From contig JAQUQV010000003.1 in assembly GCA_028715905.1 (NCBI GenBank), forward strand, positions 10,066 to 74,065: a stretch of DNA of 64,000 nucleotides, written 5' to 3'. Below, piece after piece: positions 59,902 through 64,000 of the stretch. The position numbers and the translations under genes were made by a program. Below the pieces are notes generated by a model, which was given only the letters and a program-made list of their open reading frames with translations, was not told the DNA's origin and did not search any database. The first letter of the stretch is position 1. Every line of letters starts with the position of its first letter. The DNA is from Kiritimatiellia bacterium. GTDB lineage: Bacteria > Verrucomicrobiota > Kiritimatiellia > JAAZAB01.

Positions 59902-62436
59902 ATGACGGACCAAAACATTCCCTGCCGGAACGGCCCGATGCGCCGGCCGTTGATTGGCATTGCGTTCTGTTACCTGGCTGGCGTCTTGTCCGGCGCCGGT
60001 TTTGGCGGTTTCCATTTCCCGATCGTCATGGCGCTGTCCGGCGCGGTGTTGCTCGTTGCCCTTGTTTTGCATTGCCTTTGCCAATCTGCCGGCGATATGT
60101 CCGGTTTTATTCCCGTCCGGCCAATCTCTCGTTTCCAATCTGGGTGTGCGGCCGGCCTCGTTTATTTTGCCGTTTTCCTGACGGGATGGCTTACGGTCTG
60201 CCTGCGCCTCCAAAATCCTTCCGGCCGCGCCCTGGCCGCCTTGATGGACCGGCCACGGGAAGGGGTTGAAATCATTGGCGTAATCGCGGACGATCCGGCG
60301 TTGCGCAAGAACCCGGCCGGCGATCGCCGGTATTGGTCGTTTGTTATGGAAATTGAGGCCGTGCGCAGAACGGGAGCTTTTCAGAGGGCGCGCGGCAAAG
60401 TCATGGCGCGGGCGCCGGCCGATGCGCTTGGGCAGCCGCATTACGGGGAACGTTGGCGGGCGGGCGGGGTTTTAATTGACAATCTCCGCCTCGCGGACGT
60501 TTCCGGGCCGGAGGCCGTTCAACACCTTTTGCCGCGCCGGTTTGTATTCCAGTTTGACGGGCCGTCTCCGCCCGTCCTGCTGGACGGGGCGCCGCGTTGG
60601 AACTTGTTCAGCGCGTGTTTTTCCCTGAGGCAGAAATGTGCCGACCTGCTCGCGCGCGGCATAAATCATCGTCCCGAGGCGGCGGGCATTATTCAGGCGC
60701 TGCTGCTCGGCCGCCGGTATGAACTGCATGAGGAACTGCGCGCGGCGTTTATGGCCACCGGCACTTACCATATTTTCGCCATTTCCGGCCATCACGTCGC
60801 CGTGATTGCCATTTTTGTCGTGGCCGTTCTGCAGGTATATGGCGCCTCGCGCATGTGCTGGTTTTATTATCTGGCGCCGGCCTTGATTGTTTTTACCATC
60901 ATGTCCGGCATGAGCGCCAGCGCGCTGCGCGGCTGCATTATGGCGTTGGTTTGTTTTCTCGGTCCGCTGTTCAAACGCAAAACCGATATCGCCTCCGCGA
61001 TGGCCCTGGCCGCCCTGCTGATTGTCGGCGCGGACCCCCTCCAGTTGTTTCAGGCCGGTTTCATAATGTCTTTCGGGATCGTGGCGGGACTGATTGTGTT
61101 TTGTCCGCCGCTGGTTGCGGTGATTGAAAAAGCGCTGGAGTCCGACCCTTTCCGGCTGGAACCCGAAAGCCGCCTGAAGCGGAACGCGCGCGGCGCGCTC
61201 CGCTGGATTCTCTTCATTATGGCCGCTTCGCTGACCGCGTGGCTGGTGTCAATGCCGTTGACGGCGCGCTGGTTTAACATGGTTTCGCTGATCGCCCTGC
61301 CCGCCAATTTGCTCGTGATCCCCATGGCGACCCTTATCCTTCTGACGGGGTGCCTTTCCCTTGTTTTTGGGTGGCTCCTGCCGCTGGCCGGCGAAGCCTT
61401 CAATTTTGCCAATGTTTTTTTTGTTGCGCTGACAACCGGCGCGATAAAATCGCTGGCACAGTCGCCCGGCGGGCATGTTTTCGTCAGATCGCCGCCGCTT
61501 TGGTTTGTTTTTGCGTGGCTCGCCGCCCTGGTGGCGTGGCGCGGCATTTGCGCGCAAAACAACGTAAGTTGCAAGCGCATGGCGGTCCGGCTGGTCGCGG
61601 TCCTGGCCTTGCTGTTCTTGGGCGGCGCGCTTTTATGGCGCGCGCAAAGCAATCCGTGGGAAATCCACGCGGTTAATGCCGGCAATAGGGCGGTATGTTT
61701 CCTCAATACGGACGAAGGCGCGGTTTTGATCAATGCCGGGGATGAATATCAAAGCCGTTATGTCTTGAAATACCTGCGCCGGCAGGGCGTCAACCGTCTG
61801 CAACGTCTGGCGTTGGTTTTCCCCGGTCCCGAAGACTTCAGCGGGGCAAACCGCCTGATCGCCTCGCTGCCCGTCAAAGAAATAATCCTGGCCGGCGCAG
61901 GGGGGGGATCAAGCGCGGAAAAGGCGTTAATGCGCACGGCCCGGAAACAGGGGATAACCGTGCGCGCCCTGAAAACGGCGCCGGCCGATTTGTTGTTTTC
62001 TTCAAGGCAGGTTGATGTTTATGTCCGGGAAAATCCAGCGGCTCCGCCCGGCTTTGCCCGGGACTTGCGGCGGAAAACCCGGCTTGGAACGATCCGCGCC
62101 GTCGTGCATGCCGCCGCCTTTGCCGAAGCGTTCCCGGGGCTCATGCTTGCGGCAAGCCCCGAAAGCCGCGCGGAAATTTCCGGCAGGATGTTTGAATGTA
62201 TAATCACGGAAGGAAATTACGGTCCGGAGCAAAATGCCCTTGCGGCTGTTTCCGATCCGGCGCCTTGCCGGATTGTTTGCCTTCCTTTTTCGGCCGCCCG
62301 CGACCGCCGGCCGCGTTCTATTCCGGAAACATTGCCGGTTGAGCGCCGATTTGCCTTGGGGCCCGGGCAGGGCATTTTTTTTACACCCGGCCGGAGAAAA
62401 ACAAAAATACAGCCGGTCCATTTGTATTTGCGTTAG
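59902..62436 (+). CDS. comEC: DNA internalization-related competence protein ComEC/Rec2
   Basis: DUF4131 N-terminus, Competence domain (GTYHIFAISGHHVAV), C-terminal metallo-beta-lactamase-like region. Confidence 0.85.
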   Translation: MTDQNIPCRNGPMRRPLIGIAFCYLAGVLSGAGFGGFHFPIVMALSGAVLLVALVLHCLCQSAGDMSGFIPVRPISRFQSGCAAGLVYFAVFLTGWLTVCLRLQNPSGRALAALMDRPREGVEIIGVIADDPALRKNPAGDRRYWSFVMEIEAVRRTGAFQRARGKVMARAPADALGQPHYGERWRAGGVLIDNLRLADVSGPEAVQHLLPRRFVFQFDGPSPPVLLDGAPRWNLFSACFSLRQKCADLLARGINHRPEAAGIIQALLLGRRYELHEELRAAFMATGTYHIFAISGHHVAVIAIFVVAVLQVYGASRMCWFYYLAPALIVFTIMSGMSASALRGCIMALVCFLGPLFKRKTDIASAMALAALLIVGADPLQLFQAGFIMSFGIVAGLIVFCPPLVAVIEKALESDPFRLEPESRLKRNARGALRWILFIMAASLTAWLVSMPLTARWFNMVSLIALPANLLVIPMATLILLTGCLSLVFGWLLPLAGEAFNFANVFFVALTTGAIKSLAQSPGGHVFVRSPPLWFVFAWLAALVAWRGICAQNNVSCKRMAVRLVAVLALLFLGGALLWRAQSNPWEIHAVNAGNRAVCFLNTDEGAVLINAGDEYQSRYVLKYLRRQGVNRLQRLALVFPGPEDFSGANRLIASLPVKEIILAGAGGGSSAEKALMRTARKQGITVRALKTAPADLLFSSRQVDVYVRENPAAPPGFARDLRRKTRLGTIRAVVHAAAFAEAFPGLMLAASPESRAEISGRMFECIITEGNYGPEQNALAAVSDPAPCRIVCLPFSAARDRRPRSIPETLPVERRFALGPGQGIFFTPGRRKTKIQPVHLYLR

Positions 62437-62519
62437 GCAAAGGCGGGAAAGTTCTTCGCAGAACCGCTCAGTTTTCCCCGTGAACGATCTGGAAAAAGCG
62501 CGGCTTGTGTGGTATTACT

Positions 62520-62547
62520 AATTTTGCGCATGCGAGTGCGCAAAATT
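62520..62547 (+). promoter_or_regulatory. perfect 11 bp inverted repeat AATTTTGCGCA-N6-TGCGCAAAATT, about 105 nt upstream of hypF; candidate operator
   Basis: Read directly; arms are exact reverse complements. Confidence 0.3.
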
Positions 62548-62652
62548 AACCCGCAGGGCTGCCACGTGAGTCGCGTTCCGCGGGCCGGTCACCGTGATGA
62601 TGCCCGCGTTTTTACGCGGCCAAACGGCGTGCATCACGCATGGAAAATTAAT

Positions 62653-64000
62653 ATGGCTGAGAAGTTTGACGAGGATGCAGGTCGGGCGCTTTTCCCTCCG
62701 TTGAATCGGGTGTGGAACGGCGGAACGCGGGAGACTGCGCCCTGTTTTCCGAAAATAAACAATGCCGCCCGCCGCAAAGCGGCAAAACCTGATCTGCGGC
62801 GCGTGCGCTTGCGGGTTGAAGGGCGGGTGCAGGGGGTCGGTTTCCGGCCTTGCGTTTACCGCCTGGCCCGGCGTTGCGGTCTGACCGGTTTTGTCAGAAA
62901 CACCGGCTTCGGAGTTCTGATTGAAGCGCAGGGCGCTTCCGGCAATGTGAACCGGTTCATTTCCGCCCTGCAATCTGAAAAACCGTCCCAGGCCGTCATA
63001 GAGGTTTTGAACTCAGAGGAAATCAATCTTTGGGAAGCGGAAAAAGGTTTTGTGATAACAAAAAGCGTCCGGTCGGGCGATATGCGCGCCGGAATGCCGC
63101 CGGACCTGGCCGTTTGCGCCTTGTGCCGCCGGGATGTTTTTGATGCCAAAAACCGGCGTCGGCGGTACCCGTTCACCAATTGCACCGATTGCGGCCCGCG
63201 TTTTTCCATCATCCGCGCCCTGCCTTATGACCGGCAAAGGACAACCATGGCGTCTTTCAAAATGTGTCCGGAATGTCTGGCTGAATTCCGCGATCCAGGT
63301 AACCGGCGCTTTGAAGCCCAGCCCAATGCCTGCCCGGTCTGCGGGCCGCGGCTCCGCCTGCTGGATGCGCAAGGCAACCCGGTTGAAGGCGAGGCGCTGG
63401 ATGCGGCCGTCCAGCTGTTGAAAGCGGGGAAAATACTGGCGGTCAAGGGGATTGGCGGCTATCACCTCTGTTGCGGCGCTTTGAATGAAAAAGCCGTCCG
63501 CCTTCTGCGAGAACGCAAAAACCGCCCCGACAAATCGTTTGCGGTCATGTTCAATTCGCTTCGGCAGGTCCGGAAATATTGCCGGGTGACCCCCGCGGAG
63601 GAGGCCGAGCTGCAAAGTGTTACCGCCCCCATTGTTGTCCTGAAAAAAAGGAAGGGAAAAAAACTGGCCGGTAATATTTCGCCAGACACGGCCGATCTCG
63701 GCGTTTTCCTGCCCTATGCGCCTCTCCATTGCCTCTTGCTTGAGGAAATTTCGCCGTTGATAATGACCAGCGGCAACCGGCGCGACGAGCCCATTGCAAT
63801 CAAGGAGGAGGATTTGAAGGGCATACTCGGCGGCATTGCGGATGCGGTCCTGGTTCATGACCGTGAAATTATCCGGCGCTGCGACGATTCCGTCCTGAAA
63901 TTATCCGGCGGGGAAAGGATTATGTTCAGGCGTTCGCGCGGCTTTGTGCCGGCCGCGCTTCCGCTGCCGGTTGATGGTCCGCCGGTCCTGGCCTGCGGCG
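62653..64000 (+). CDS. hypF: [NiFe]-hydrogenase maturation carbamoyltransferase HypF (3' end beyond the window)
   Basis: Acylphosphatase domain, two zinc-finger pairs (CALCRRD..CTDCGPRF; CPECLAEF..CPVCGPRL), YrdC-like domain. No stop before position 64000. Confidence 0.88.
   Translation, partial: MAEKFDEDAGRALFPPLNRVWNGGTRETAPCFPKINNAARRKAAKPDLRRVRLRVEGRVQGVGFRPCVYRLARRCGLTGFVRNTGFGVLIEAQGASGNVNRFISALQSEKPSQAVIEVLNSEEINLWEAEKGFVITKSVRSGDMRAGMPPDLAVCALCRRDVFDAKNRRRRYPFTNCTDCGPRFSIIRALPYDRQRTTMASFKMCPECLAEFRDPGNRRFEAQPNACPVCGPRLRLLDAQGNPVEGEALDAAVQLLKAGKILAVKGIGGYHLCCGALNEKAVRLLRERKNRPDKSFAVMFNSLRQVRKYCRVTPAEEAELQSVTAPIVVLKKRKGKKLAGNISPDTADLGVFLPYAPLHCLLLEEISPLIMTSGNRRDEPIAIKEEDLKGILGGIADAVLVHDREIIRRCDDSVLKLSGGERIMFRRSRGFVPAALPLPVDGPPVLACG

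Overview
This 64 kb window is GC-rich (about 60%), gene-dense bacterial chromosomal DNA. The gene content and the long prepilin leaders look like the Planctomycetes-Verrucomicrobia-Chlamydiae (PVC) group, such as Verrucomicrobiota or Kiritimatiellota; that placement is inference only.

I call about 50 coding regions. No rRNA, tRNA, CRISPR array, transposase or prophage signal was found.

Genes, in order:
- rplU-rpmA-obg-outer-membrane-porin operon on the minus strand.
- A complete, co-directional type II secretion operon: gspE-F-G-H-I-J-K, a fused PilM/PilN-like GspL, a PilO-like GspM, and the secretin gspD last.
- BFN/UVR nuclease, gcvH, an aldo/keto reductase, a nitroreductase, an ArnT-like GT-C glycosyltransferase and a Cys-X5-Arg phosphatase.
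- A Tat-dependent DUF362 protein with a membrane polyferredoxin.
- A bacterial topoisomerase VI pair (Top6A and Top6B).
- An isolated lpxA.
- An AraC-controlled locus that looks like an oxidative (3-keto) glycoside-cleavage pathway: a Gfo/Idh/MocA oxidoreductase, a sugar-phosphate isomerase/epimerase (xylose-isomerase-like TIM barrel), a DUF1080 protein, and two secreted carbohydrate-binding-module (CBM)-like proteins that share an unassigned C-terminal domain.
- argF followed by a pyrB-like carbamoyltransferase, a thioredoxin-like protein, trxB and msbA.
- An envelope operon: FG-GAP repeat protein, DUF4214 polytopic membrane protein, Slt-type lytic transglycosylase.
- A second AraC locus with two URO-D-family paralogs, a GH78 rhamnosidase and a PHP hydrolase.
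- clpB, an ACT-extended glnE, comEC, and the 5' part of hypF.

Features beyond genes: at least four families of short, near-identical intergenic repeats (A to D here). Families A, C and D sit a few to about 90 nt upstream of gene starts and always face the downstream gene, which fits a shared promoter, 5' leader or processing element. Families C and D each have one copy inside the type II secretion operon. Family B sits immediately 3' of gene ends. Frame-shifting short tandem repeats lie inside the long leader-coding regions of gspH and gspI. Two gene remnants lie directly next to repeat copies.
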